From Octopus vulgaris (lineage: Eukaryota), in assembly GCA_951406725.2 (NCBI GenBank), contig OX597835.1:23188001-23252000 (forward strand): a stretch of DNA of 64,000 nucleotides, read 5' to 3'. This document shows, piece after piece, positions 50,691 through 63,866 of this stretch (the first letter of the stretch is position 1; each line of letters starts with the position of its first letter). Both the position numbers and the translations under genes were made by a program. The notes under the pieces are model-generated. The model saw nothing but the letters and a program-made list of their open reading frames with translations. It was not told the DNA's origin and searched no databases.

Positions 50691-51255
50691 TGTGCATGTA
50701 TGTGCGTATGTTTGATGGGCTTCTTTCCGTTTCCTTCCACCAAATTCACTCACAAGGCTTTGGCCAGTCTGTGTGCTATATTAGAAGACACTTGCCCAAG
50801 GTGCTGTACAGTCGAACTGAACCTGAGACCAGATGGTTGGGAACCGAGCTCCTTAAGCACACAGCTACACCTTTACCTATATCAATGCTGGAATATATAT
50901 ACGATACAGTGAAGAGTTCAAATCTTGACACAGCAGTAATTGTGTTGTATACAGTAAACACTAATGATTCTTTCTCTGAGAAAAAAGAAAAGAAAAACAA
51001 AAAACAGAGGTGGAAGAAATAAGTAACAAGGAAGCTTGTTTGGAACACAGAATACAAGCTTTATTCTATCAAATATCAGATATCAGTATTCAGCTATTTT
51101 ACATTAGTTTAGAGCAAGTGCTTTGCCTTGACTCACTTTTGTGATGGCGGCAGTATTTATTTAGTTTATCATGCGTTATATATATATATATATATACATA
51201 TATATTTATGCACACACACACACACACACACACACATACATACACAAATATATAT

Positions 51256-51912
51256 AGGTGCAGGAGTGGCTGTGTGGTAAGTAGCTTGTTTACGAATCAC
51301 ATGGTTCTGGGTTAAGTCCCACTGCGTGGCACCTTGGGCAAGTGTCTTCTACTATAGCTATGGGCCAACCAAAGCCTTGTGAATGGATGTGGTAGATGGA
51401 AACTGAAAGAAGCCCGTTGTATATATATGTGTGTGTATGTGTGTGTGTGTATGTGTTCATCCTCCTATCATCGCTTGACAACTGATGTTGGTGTGTTTAC
51501 GTCCCTGTAACTTAGCGGTTCGGCAAAAGAGGCTGATAGAATAATTACTAAGCTTACAAATAATAAGTCTTGGGGGGTCAATTTGTTCGACTAAAGCCGG
51601 TGCTCCAGCATGGCCACAGTCAAATGACTGAAACAAATAAAAGAATTAAAGAATATATATCTATATCTATATATATACATACATACATACATACATACAC
51701 ATATGCTATTTTACTCTTTTACTTGTTTCAGTCAATTGACTGCAGCCATGCTGGAGCACTGCCTTTAGTCAAACAAATTGACCGTAGGACTTATTCTTTG
51801 TAAGCCTAGCACTTACTCTATCCATCTCTTTTGCCAAACCGCTAAGTTACGGGAACATAAGCACACCAACATTGGTAGTCAAGCAATGGTGGTGGGGACA
51901 AACACAGACACA
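51256..51912. mobile_element. Tail-to-tail SINE B pair (51256-51652 +, 51708-51912 -)
   Basis: Full copy and an inverted 3' half separated by about 55 bp of microsatellite. Confidence 0.85.
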
Positions 51913-51924
51913 AATATATACATA

Positions 51925-52546
51925 GTTCTACAAATCCAGTCATATTTGTCAAAAATGGAAGAGATAAGATGTTAAAAAGTTGTGAGAAGTTTACTTGCTC
52001 ATACAATCATTTCGTACATAGATATAAATTCATTTTAATAAATGAATTTATATCTATATATGAAGCGACTGTGGAGGCGCAATGGCCCAGTGGTTAGGGC
52101 AGCGGACTCGCGGTCATAGGATCGCGGTTTCGATTCCCAGACCGGGCGTTGTGAGTGTTTATTGAGCGAAAACACCTAAAAGCTCCAGGAGGCTCTGGCA
52201 GGGGATGGTGGCGATCCCCGCTGTACTCTTTCACCACAACTTTCTCTTACTTCCTGTTTCTGTTGTACCTGTATTTCAAGGGGGCGGCCTTGTCACTCTC
52301 TGTGTCATGCTGAATATCCCCGAGAACTACGTTAAGGGTGCACGTGTCTGTGGAGTGCTCAGCCACTTACATGTTAATTTCACGAGCAGGCTGTTCTGTT
52401 GATTCGGATCAACCGGAACCCTCATCGTCGTAACCGACGGAATGCTTCCATCCATATGAAGCGACTGCATGCATGAATAAACTTCTTACAACTTTTTAGC
52501 ATCTTATCTCTTCCATTTTTGACAAATATGATTGGATTTGTAGGAC
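51925..52546. repeat. Penelope-like palindrome interrupted by a SINE
   Basis: 51925-52035 is reverse-complementary to 52040-52071 plus 52468-52546. Confidence 0.75.
52072..52453 (+). mobile_element. tRNA-derived SINE family D (possibly tRNA-Arg-related), young, with 14-bp TSD
   Basis: GGAGGCGCAATGGCCCAGTGGTTAGGGCAGCGGACTCGCGG...GGTTTCGATTCCC; TSD ATATGAAGCGACTG at 52058-52071 and 52454-52467. Confidence 0.9.
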
Positions 52547-52760
52547 ATCATTCCATAAATTCATCATGCACTTAATATTCTAATACTAACTTTTCATATC
52601 TTCTCCTGGTAACACCAGTAAACTCTCAGCAAAGTATGAAGAATCAACATTAGAAATTTTTTTGGAAACCACTCGAAATAAAGGACGAATCCATATTCAA
52701 CCTTTTACACACGTATATATGTGCATATGCATGTGTGTGTGTGTGTGTGTGTGTGTGAAA

Positions 52761-52862
52761 TGTCGCTTCACTGTACCAACGTCGCTTCACTACCAATGTC
52801 GCTTCACTTACCAACGTCGCTTCACATACCAACGTTGCTTCACATACCAACGTCGCTTCACT
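52761..52862 (+). repeat. 18-bp minisatellite (GTCGCTTCACATACCAAC) x about 5.5, leading into a family-A fragment
   Basis: Directly visible; source of the repeated EATLV ORF. Confidence 0.9.
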
Positions 52863-52997
52863 GGCACGTGCAAAAGGATTCAAGCGAGATCGTTGCCAAT
52901 ACCGCCTGACTGGCGCCCGTGCCGGTGGCACGTAAAAAGCACCCACTATACTCTCGGAGTGGTTGGCGTTAGAAAGGGCATCTAGCTGTAGAAACAC

Positions 52998-53615
52998 CTG
53001 GTGTAAGCTATGGACACATAAGAGGTGCAGCAACATCAAAGGAAAATTAACCAAGATAGCTTCCGTGTGCGACAGATGCGCAGGGGCATTAAACACCACA
53101 GATTCCATTACACTCCAGGGGTAAAAACTAGAAGTAGTTGACAGCTTCCGCTACCTAGGTGACCAAGTTAGTTGTGGGGATGGATGCTCAGAGAGTGTTA
53201 CCACTAGAATAAGAATAGCCAGGGCAAAGTTTAAAAAGCTTCTACCCCTACTGGTGACAATGGGCCTCTTGCTCAGAGTGAAAGGAAGATTGTACAATGC
53301 ATGTGTGTGAACTGCTATGCTTCACAGCCGTGAAACATGGGCCGTGACTGCGGAGGACATGCGTAGGCTTGAAAGAAATGAAGTTATATCTATGTACGAA
53401 ATGATTGCATGATCTGCTGGATGTGTAATGTCAGTGTGCACACATGACAGAGTGTAAGCGCCCTGAGAGAAATGTTGGACATAAGAAGCATCGGATGTGG
53501 CATGCAAGAGACGTTTGCGCTGATGTGGTCATGTACTAGGGATGGATGAGGAGAGCTGTGTGAAGAAGTGCCACTCTCAAACAGTTGAAGGAATCTGTTT
53601 GAGGTAGACCCAGGA
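52998..53615 (+). mobile_element. RTE LINE fragment (Cys/His motif, end of RT, C-terminus)
   Basis: WCKLWTHKRCSNIKG...LEVVDSFRYLGDQVS...RIRIA...KGRLYNACV...ETWAVTAEDMRRLERNE; same family as 5451. Confidence 0.85.
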
Positions 53616-53740
53616 ATGTGTGTGTGTGTGTGTGTATGTGTGTATGTGTATGTGTGTGTTTATGAATGAGTGCGTGTGTGAATTTGTTTTGAGAATAATT
53701 TTCTGCCTCTCTATAAGTATATAAATGTGTGTGCTTGTGT

Positions 53741-53808
<68 letters not shown>

Positions 53809-53858
53809 CACATATGTGCATCACAATTCATCTTCTTAGAGACACTATAAAGAAGATC

Positions 53859-56010
53859 TAGTGTTTCCCAAACTTTTTGCGCCAAATTGCAATATTGCCC
53901 TCCTATCAGCCAAAAAAATTCTCTATTGCCCACCTGTGTAACAAAAACCCTGACACAACCCCCAACACAAAATCCCCTAGCCCCACCCCAATATCATTTG
54001 ACACACACACACACACACTGCATTGTAGACTCATTGCCCTGTTAGTGCCATTTGGACTAAATATATAGTTGTTTACAAATCCCTTATTGTAGGTTTAGTG
54101 TTGCCATTAGTGTCAATAAAATGTTAACTCTATATTATGCTGACAAATTAACTTCTGGAAACTTGCACTTTCTTTTTCACTGATTTTTATTTTCCCCAAA
54201 TGAACCATTGATCAGAATTAGTGATGCAAAAATAATTAATGATTGTATTATAAAGGAAAAGAATACAACTTTTTAATGGGAACCATGTGTCTGGCGTGAT
54301 GCAATTGTGCAGATACATTCAGTTTCAAACTTGTCAACTTTAGCTGCAAGTCTCCTTGTTGTGTCACTTCCAGTCTAATTCTTTTATGGGAAAATAAAGT
54401 TCCAGCATGGTTAAAACCAGATTCAACCAGATATGAGGTAGGGAAGGCAAGCAAAAGCAATTTCAGATGTTTTCACAGACAGGGGTAGGAATTTAATATA
54501 CTCTGATGGTACCACAAACCTTCTTCGCCATTACAGTGATATTGCATTGTGGTGTCATTGTTATTTTGTAACTCTATGAATTCCTGCTGAACGTCAGTCA
54601 TCCTTGCAATCATCTGCATCGATCTCAAATGGATTGCTATACCAATTTGGAATATTCAGGTCAATAAAATCTTGTTATCGTGCAGTGATTGTAAATAGTT
54701 GCAATATCTAGTTAAATCCTCATCGACTAATTCGTCTTTCAAAGAATCAAGTTGTGGAAATTGATGGAATTGACGTTTTGAAATGTTAGTTTTTATACAA
54801 CACCAATTTCAAAATGAAGGTAGTGATAAATGATTTACAATCAATGAGAGTCTTTCTGTTTCCTTGCAACAACTTAATCAAATCATTTAATTTTGTGAGT
54901 ATATCACAAAGAAAAAAGATATCGTACCTTGCAGCCATCAATAAAGTGGATAGTGGAGTAGTTTCAAAGAAAGATGTGATTATATGAAACTGTTCAACAA
55001 ATCGTAAAACAGTTTCCTTTTGACAGCCACTGCACTTCAGTATGGTATAATAGTTTAGAATTGTCCTCATCATTTCTCAAACAGGGTTGACAGAATATTC
55101 GATGAGACAAGGGACTGGACTTCAATTTGTTCAGTCTTGATAACTAACTGTAGTGCATCATTCAACCTATTGTTCATATTTTTTTGCCACTAAATGCTGC
55201 TGTTGTGCCAAGCAATGAGCAGTTAGTATCTAGTGGGAAATTTCATGTTTTAGGAGAGATGAAAAGCTTCCTATCATCGAAGGGGCTCCATCAGATGCAC
55301 AGGCAAGAATATTACTGAGTGGGATATTATGTTCAAAAAGGAAAGACTTGAGAGTGTGAAAAATAGATGCCCCTCTTGAATCAAGCGGCCATTTCCCTGT
55401 GAAAGCATTTCCTCACAAGGTTGAAGGTCTTCACTGAAATACCAAACATATACCATCATCAAACTTTGATTGTCCACACCAGTTGACTCATCCACTTGTA
55501 TAGAAAATTCAGAATGCTGGAGAATATTAATAAGCTGATGTTTGACATCAGAGGCCATTTCATCAATGCTTCGAAAAATTGTGATATTACTAAGTGGGGT
55601 CTTCTTCATAATGTTATCATGATTTTCACGCATAACGGTTGACAAAACCTCTTTGAAAACTGGGTGAAGTAATGTTTCTCCAATTGTGTGAAACTTCCCA
55701 GACTTAGCAACAAGCAAAGGAATGTTGTACAATGCAATCAACCTGCAATTCTCCTGTTTACTAGTTTACTGGAGTAGCGTTTTGAATGTTTGTATTTACT
55801 TTTTAGAAGAGGAGCTCAGTTGCAAAAAGTATGATAACGGCTTGTCCTTCTTGTCAGAATGCTTTGCTCAAAATGATACTTCAAGTGTGAAGGTCTCATT
55901 GCTTTGTTGGTCAATGTCTGAAGGCAAAGAAGGCACATTGGTAACTGACAGTTCTGAGGAGAGGGAATAAATCCAAACAATAAATAATCACTACTGTACT
56001 GTTGACAAAT
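53859..56010 (-). mobile_element. Decayed hAT Buster/Charlie (ZBED5/SCAND3-like) transposon
   Basis: TIR-like TAGTGTTTCCCAAACT. Fragments VAKSGKFHTIGETL...PLSN..IDEMASD...FSIQVDEST, ACASDGAP and LLAFPTSYLVESGF (hATC). Stops and frameshifts throughout. Confidence 0.88.
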
Positions 56011-56144
56011 TTTCTTGACTATTTTATAATTATATACTTAAAAATTAATTTTACCAATATGGTCAGTTTTTATACGCTAACCACTGATATAATCATCCAA
56101 ATGATTATATCCTTAATTTATAAGTATATATATGTATATGTATG

Positions 56145-56218
<74 letters not shown>

Positions 56219-56469
56219 TATATATGTATATGCATATACATATATATATGTGTATTAAAATTTGAATAAACTTCCATATATTCTCTATGCATGTTGAACT
56301 TCATTTATTTCTTCTATTCTACTGTTTGCTTAGTAGAGGCACATAGCTTAGTGGTTAGGAAGTTGGACTCATGATCATAAGATTGTGGTCTTGATTCCTG
56401 GATCAGGCAATGCATTGTGTTCCTAAGCAAAACACTTCATTTCTCATGGCTCCAGCCCACTCAGCTCCT

Positions 56470-56890
56470 AACGACAATTATTGACATTCTACAAAGCTCA
56501 GCTATAAGGTCTAATTTGAAGTATTGCTCTCAGATCTGGTGTAGCAGTGTAGCTGCACACAGAGATATGGTACACCACATCTAGAAAAGAGTAACCCAAC
56601 TTTGGCATAAAGTCACTCACAGACACACTCCAAAGTTTGATCCACATCCATGATGTTTTCTTTCTGTTACTCTTACCATAAAATGTTCTGCTTCTTGGAG
56701 TTGGCTAGGCTCATGTTACCTTCACTTAGGCATTCTCATTCCATTTGTTCCTCTCCCCTCATCACACTTGTTGTATGCAACCATACAGTCACAGGCCCCA
56801 CAATAACCCTTTGGAACTGTCTTCCCAATTCTTATCTTTCCTGCTGATCTTCACTCAAAAACGTTCAAGAACATCAATTTCATTAGTTTG
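56470..56890 (+). mobile_element. Old CR1/Jockey-like LINE 3' fragment
   Basis: LLTFYKAQ and RSNLKYCSQIW remnants, and LWNCLP. Confidence 0.55.
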
Positions 56891-58765
56891 AATCTATGTA
56901 TGCATATATACACAAATATGTACATTATATATATGTTTGTGTGTGTGTGTGTGTATAAATAATATATAAATATATGCATATATACATGCATATATGTACA
57001 TACCTACATATATATGTATATATACATGCATATATGTACATACCTACATATATATGTATATATACATGCATATATGGATACTATATATGGTTATTAAAGA
57101 GGGGTTTTGTTAGGGGAGATTTTCAGTTTAAATTTTTCTGATGTCGAAGGTTCGTCGTTTTGTCAATGGACCGGAAGTTGTTGTTCGCAAACAACAGCAG
57201 TAATTTTCTTCAGCTGAATACATGTCACTGATTGATTAAAATTACCCAAATACGACAATTTTAACATGAAATAACTTCTAAAATACAAAATTTTGTCAAA
57301 ATCGTTAATAGTAAACCTTGTTCTGCGTGACACAATCAATCAGTATCCGAAACTTCAAAGTGTTTAGTTATAAAAAATTAATTAAAAAATCTGTGCATAA
57401 GATGGGACAGATCCATGAGGTGTAGCAAGTTATATTTGGTGTGGAGACCCAGACCAGATACTAGCAACAAAATGGACTTCACTAAATTCCCTCAAGGACT
57501 AGGTGGTGGTATTAAATCTGGCGATGGACTAAACTTACCACTCATATATACACATTGTAATTAAACTTTCTATTGGACAAGTTGTAAGCTATTGGTTACA
57601 TTTATTAAATAGCAAAATATGCAAATATATCAGAAAGCCAGCCAATTAAAGGGAGACAAATTAAAATTTTGCTTAAAAGAAATGAAGATAAATTATAATT
57701 ACTTCCCTTACTAAGTTATTCGGGATCGGTGTCTAAGATCTGTTTTTTATTCTCAGAGTCGCTTTCTTTTTTTCCATCCGTGACACTAATTAATTTGCAA
57801 AAGGCCTCCACATCACGAAATTTCGTTTGGTTTTCATTATTTAAAAGTTACTCAAATGTAAAGCTTTATTACTGACCTATAACACACCGAAAGCTATAAA
57901 AAATCCTAAGTAACATAAAGCTGCAAAAGATTACATACAAAATTTATGCAACACCAGAAAAAGGGTGCCTCTCACGAGTTACTTGAATTGCTAGTAATAG
58001 CAGCCAGACGATCTTAAAATCACATCCTACCATCTTCAAAAGGAAGCGATACATTAGATAATGCGAGCCCAAATACTTATATGTCGGTGTTAATAAAATA
58101 AGTACCAGTTGAGCACTGGGGTCAAATGTCATCGATTTATCCCCCCACCTCCTAAAATTTCTGGACTTGTGCCACAATTTGAAAACAATGTTGTTTTACT
58201 TTCTTTTACTTAAATTTTTTGTTGAAAATATACCTATATTTCAATGAAACAAAGTAACATTTTGTAACATTAGACCGAAACCGGACGGTCTACTGGGCCT
58301 GTCAAGTCGCTAGAAGATAGCAGGGGTTTAATCTCCTGCTTGAAATATTACTTCTCAGTATTGTTATTATTCTCATATCTTTCTAACTAACTATTTTGCT
58401 TGTTGAAAGTAACATTTATCCCAGTCATAAAACAATACATATAAGTCTTACACTTATTCAAAATAATATATGAACAAGAAAAAAAAAAAACCAGGCATTC
58501 CGGGATGGAGGAACACCTGGTAGTGAAATAGGGATCAGTCATAAAAAAAAAGAAGAAAAAACTATTCCATTTTATCTCTTAGTTTCTCTTCATCTCCTTT
58601 GTAAACTTGTCTGTATTATGCTCTCCAAAGGAAACCTCGGGCATGGAGTTTCTTTTTTATCCATTATTCTGGATTGCATCTGGATCACCCCGAGAAATTT
58701 GGAAAAGATTCATTAAGAAATGGCGATGTTGTTTCAAGACTGATAAATGTCAACACTTAAAGATA

Positions 58766-59331
58766 TTCTGGGTTGTCCGGAAAGTCTGTGCGATTTTTAA
58801 AGGAAAGAAAAAGGTCAATAAATACTTGCCATTACATTTTTAATCAACCAAATATGAACCATTTTGTTGCACAATGTGTCTCCATTTTCCTTTAACTTGA
58901 AAATACCCTCTTCCCAGAATTGAGGTGGTTTCATGGCAAAGAATTCATCAAGGTATCTTTTTACTCCATCCAAGGAATTGAAATTTTTACCATTAAGACT
59001 ATTCTGCAGAGATCTGAATAAGTGGAAATCCAAAGGAGCAATATCTGGTGAATATGGAGAGTAGAGTAACACATCCCAGCCGAGCTGCAGCAATTTTTGT
59101 CTGGTTCCCAAAGCATCAAATGCCGAAAATGAACTTTCTTATCTTCCATTTTATAGGGTTACAGAATTAACACAGGTTATAGGAACATAAACCTTCTTCC
59201 ACGAAAAGATAGCTTAAACTGTGCTCTAAATGGAGGTGTAGTCAAATCCTATTTTATGGACTGAACCATGTTCTAAAATAAGTCGAAAGGTAAGCTACTA
59301 TAAATCGGCACAAACTTTCCGGACAACCCAA
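58766..59331 (-). mobile_element. Internally deleted mariner (Hsmar1/cecropia-like)
   Basis: TIRs GGGTTGTCCGGAAAGT / ACTTTCCGGACAACCC. MEDKKVHFRHLMLW is fused to LGWDVLLYSPYSPDIAPLDFHLFRSLQNSLNGKNF. Confidence 0.9.
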
Positions 59332-59905
59332 TAGATCTATCTAGCTACTGACAAGGTATGGCCAACCCAAGGTTAGAGTCTGTGGCGAAGTTGAGGAGGT
59401 GATGACAATGGGGAGGTCCGGACCATGCAGCGCTTCTATGGGGATGGCATTTTTGGGTCTGGTTTATAAACCTTTGTAGAGGCGGAAGGCAGCATACCTA
59501 AGGGCTACCGCGAGTGGAAAACACTCTAAGTACGTCACATGCTATAATTGACAGTACTAACCAAAAGTACTATACAGTGGAATCGAACTGAGAACCATGC
59601 GGTTACGAAACAAAAGTTATTAACCATAATGCCATATTCTTGGGGATTAATTGATAGATACACAATCCTTTCTAATAAAGGCACAAGGCCTGCAATTTGG
59701 ATGAAGGGAATAGTCGATTACATCGACCCCAGTATTTTACTGATACTTATTTCATCAACCACGAAAGGATGAAAGGCAAAGTCGACCTTGGTGGAATTTG
59801 AACTCAGAATGGATAAAATGCTGCTAAGCATTTTGTCCAGCATGCTAATGATCCTGCCAGCTTGCCGCCTTTTTATAATGATAATAATAGTACTTTCTAC
59901 TATAG

Positions 59906-60470
59906 CATGTTCTCAACCATTTTTTCATCTATGGACCCCTTTGATTACTATTTTATTCTAGTGGACCCCTCCGTAGCCATTTGATGTTTAAAACCTAATT
60001 TTATAGAAACTTCGTCCAAAAATTCTATTCTGTCTTTCACACATTAATTTGTGTAGGTTGAACTATGTAAAATGTTGAAGAAACCTTATACCTGTTGTTA
60101 CACATTCATATCTATGTGTATACGTGGGTATACATGTGTAGAATACATCCCCACTTTTGGCACTATTTTGCTAGTAAACAGTACGGACTGTGTCTAAAGT
60201 ATATATGTATTACTACGCTGAATGTTGTCAGTTCGTGTAATAAGAATAAGTAAATAAACATGTAAAACAATAACAATGCCTTCATTGAGTTGTCTATCAG
60301 CCCATCGAGAACGAAACATGCATAACACCTGTTTCTTACAATAAATACGTCTAAGGCAAACATTTTAAAGATACTCCTGGGGATCCTCAATTTACTATTT
60401 CGTTGCATGCACTCCCAAAAATCTTATATGGACTCTCAGGGGCTATATGGGCCCCAGTTGAGAACTAATG
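59906..60470. mobile_element. hAT MITE with 8-bp TSD, inserted in a SINE C tail
   Basis: TSD TACTATAG / TACTACAG; ends GTTCTCAAC / GTTGAGAAC. Confidence 0.7.
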
Positions 60471-60828
60471 TACTACAGGGACAAGGCGTGAAATTTTATC
60501 AATCCTGAAAGACGAAATGCCTCAATTTATAGATACATATTGAGATAAGTTTATTCTTTAATTCGTTTCAGACATTGGACTGCGGCCATGCTGGGATTAG
60601 AGTCAATTATATTTGGTACTTCGTCTGGTTTTTATCATATCAATATCGGAAGATAGGAAATGGGAAATGCCAAGTGAACACAAGTGTAAAAGACAACCCA
60701 ATGCTATGGTATTATGTGGTGGGATCGAACTCGGAAACATTTGGTTACAAACCGGACTTCTCTACCACAAAGCCTTGCATGCAACCAAAGATAGGTAATA
60801 AAGATGGGTATATTAGGGAGAGGCAAAC

Positions 60829-61277
<449 letters not shown>

Positions 61278-61857
61278 GGAGCAAAAATAATATAGAAAGA
61301 CAGAGAGAGACAGACAGAGAGGTAAAGAGACTGACGATGTCCTGCCCCGTCTTTCTCCTTTATCTTTGTTAAGATTTTCTCCTTAGCTAATAATCGTTTG
61401 TGACCAGTTTTCTACGGCTGGTGCCATTCAAACTATCCAGCCAGCACCACCATGGTGGTGCTGATAGGACGACACTATGTTACTGCCTTATTGCCTGCAA
61501 TAAACACCCTCATATATTCATCGTTTCCACTTAAAACGGCTGTCATGGCCTTTTTTAAACGTGCATCCTCCATCCTTCACCACCACCGTCGCTACCACCA
61601 CTACCCACCACTTCAGTTTTGCACTGACGGCGCACGCACGCACGCACGCACACACGCACGCACGCAGCACTGGACCTCACACGCACACACACAAACACAA
61701 TGCCGCGCAGACCGCGCGCACATATACATATACATACACACTCGTGCGCACGTATTCGGCATGGTATAATAAAAACAATAGTCACGAAACAAATCTTGGA
61801 TAAATTTTGGTCAATAGCAGCCCGGGCCAAATTTAACATAATGAATGAATGAGTGAA

Positions 61858-61892
<35 letters not shown>

Positions 61893-62094
61893 AATAAATG
61901 AATAAAATAAATAAATAAATAAAACACAAATATATGCGTATCTCACTTTCTTCAATTTCCTCCCCTTTCTTTCTATCTATCCCTTTCTATGAGTGTTTGT
62001 GTATGTATGTGTATCGCTCTCTCTTTCTCTCTCTTTCCACACATATGCGCACACAGACATAAACACACACTACGCAATAAAGATTTTAAAATCC

Positions 62095-62675
62095 TCTCTA
62101 ATAAAGGCACAAATCCTGATATTTGGGGTAGGGGGACTAGTCAATTGCATCGACCCCAGTGTTTCACTGGTACTTAATTTATCGACCCTCGAAAGGATGA
62201 AAAGCAAAGTCGACCTCGGTGGAATTTGAACTCAGAATATAAAGACGAACGAAGTACCTATTTCTTTACTACCCACAAGGGGCTAAACACAAAGGGGACA
62301 AACAAGGACAGACAAACGGATTAAGTCGATTATATCGACCCCAGTGCGTAACTGGTACTTAATTTATCGACCCTGAAAGGATGAAAGGCAAAGTCGACCT
62401 CGGCGGAATTTGAACTCAGAACGTAGCGGCAGACGAAATACCTATTTCTTTACTACCCACAAGGGACTAAGCAGAAAGGGGACAAACAAGGACAGACAAA
62501 CGGATTAAGTCGATTATATCGACCCCAGTGCGTAACTGGTATTTAATTTATCGACCCCGAAAGGATGAAAGGCAAAGTCGACCTCGGTGGAATTTGAACT
62601 CAGAACGTATCGGCAGACGAAATACGGTTACGCATTTCGCCCGGCCTGCTAACGTTTCTGCCAGCTCGCCGCCTT
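62095..62675 (-). mobile_element. Tandem head-to-tail array of three SINE C units
   Basis: A unit of about 180 bp repeats with the junction GACGAAA|TACCTATTTCTTTAC; only the last unit has a complete head. Further copies at 59668-59870, 62839-63054 and 63875-64000. Confidence 0.85.
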
Positions 62676-62689
62676 AATAATAATGATAA

Positions 62690-63866
62690 TGATTTCTTTC
62701 ATTGGCCACAAGGACCAAAGACGTGGGGTGGGCTACAAGGGCACAAGACTTGAAGAACAATATCGAAGGACAGACAAGTTACAGCACAAAAAGATTACAA
62801 AACCAAAATATGTGGGGATAACTTCAATCAAAGGGAGATACTTTTCTACTCTAGGCACAAGGCCCGAAATTTTGGGGGAGGGGGCCAGTCGATTAGATCG
62901 ACCCCAGTACGCAACTGGTACTTATTTTATAGACCCCCGAAAGGATGAAAGACAAAGTCGACCTCGGCGGAATTTGAACTCAGAATGTAACGGCAGACGA
63001 ATACGGCTACGCATTTCGCCCGGTGTGCAAACGTTTCTGCCAGCTCGCCGCCGTAAGGGGAGAGACTTCCACACTAAAGGATATAACAGGATATATAATA
63101 GAGAATAGAGATATAAATAACAATAAATAGATAGATAGAATCCCCAATAGCGGGGTAGTCCACTTAGAGTATTCCGGGGTATTCCACTTAGGGTATTCCC
63201 AGACAAAAATCCCATAGGAATGTGCCCTCTTCTAGTTCCTTTTCTCCTGCTTAGAAAAGCATATTCAGAGTAGATCCATTCAGGCTCTCCAGTCTTGCCA
63301 CTCCCATCCACCTTTTGAAAAACACACTGGAGGGCTTGACCAGATATGAACATGCCTATCCTCAAACCTTTCAGACGGGTCCACCATTCGCTATTTCCGC
63401 CCGGCGTTTCAAAGACAGCTTCATTTCTACCCATTTCTGGGTGAGCTTGGCCACCCTATTCATGACCTCTTCCCAGTTCCTATCTACCTGGAGATCTGGT
63501 CCGAAGTAGACTCCTAACACTTTCACCGGACCCTCCGTCCAGCTACAGAAATCGCTTCTAGTCGACTTGCCTCTCCAAGAGTCTAGTTGCAGACCTACTC
63601 TCTTGTCCTGGTTTATGAGAGCTCCTGTACATTCCTGATATTCTTTCAGTATAGTGTCGATCTTTTCTATGTCCGAAGAGCCTGATGCCATGACAGTAAC
63701 GTCGTCCGCGTATGCAGACACAGCTCCCCTGTGATCTAGTTTCAGCGGTATACCTGTCAAATTCTCCATCCTTCGCAGCAAAGGTTCTAAAGCTAAAATA
63801 TATAAAAGCGGGGAGAGGGGCCTCATTGGCGTACTGAGCGTTCAATACTGAAAAGTTCTGAGAAGT
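62690..63866 (-). mobile_element. L1/Tx1-clade LINE fragment (RT core 63371-63826), internally deleted, 3' region split by a SINE C
   Basis: PLSPLLYILALEPLL...SAYADDVTV...TGALINQDK...VKVLGVYFG...LSLKRRAEIAN. Probable 3' UTR ends CCTTGTGGCCAATGAAAGAAAT at about 62690. Confidence 0.8.

Noticed and set aside
55274-55741. ZBED5/SCAND3-like ORF as a domesticated host gene
   Set aside because: The surrounding transposase has multiple stops and frameshifts and a TIR remains, so it is a dead hAT.
57080-57400. CCGGAAGT ETS site at 57171 as a promoter
   Set aside because: A single motif in sequence that resembles a DNA-transposon end; no supporting exon found.
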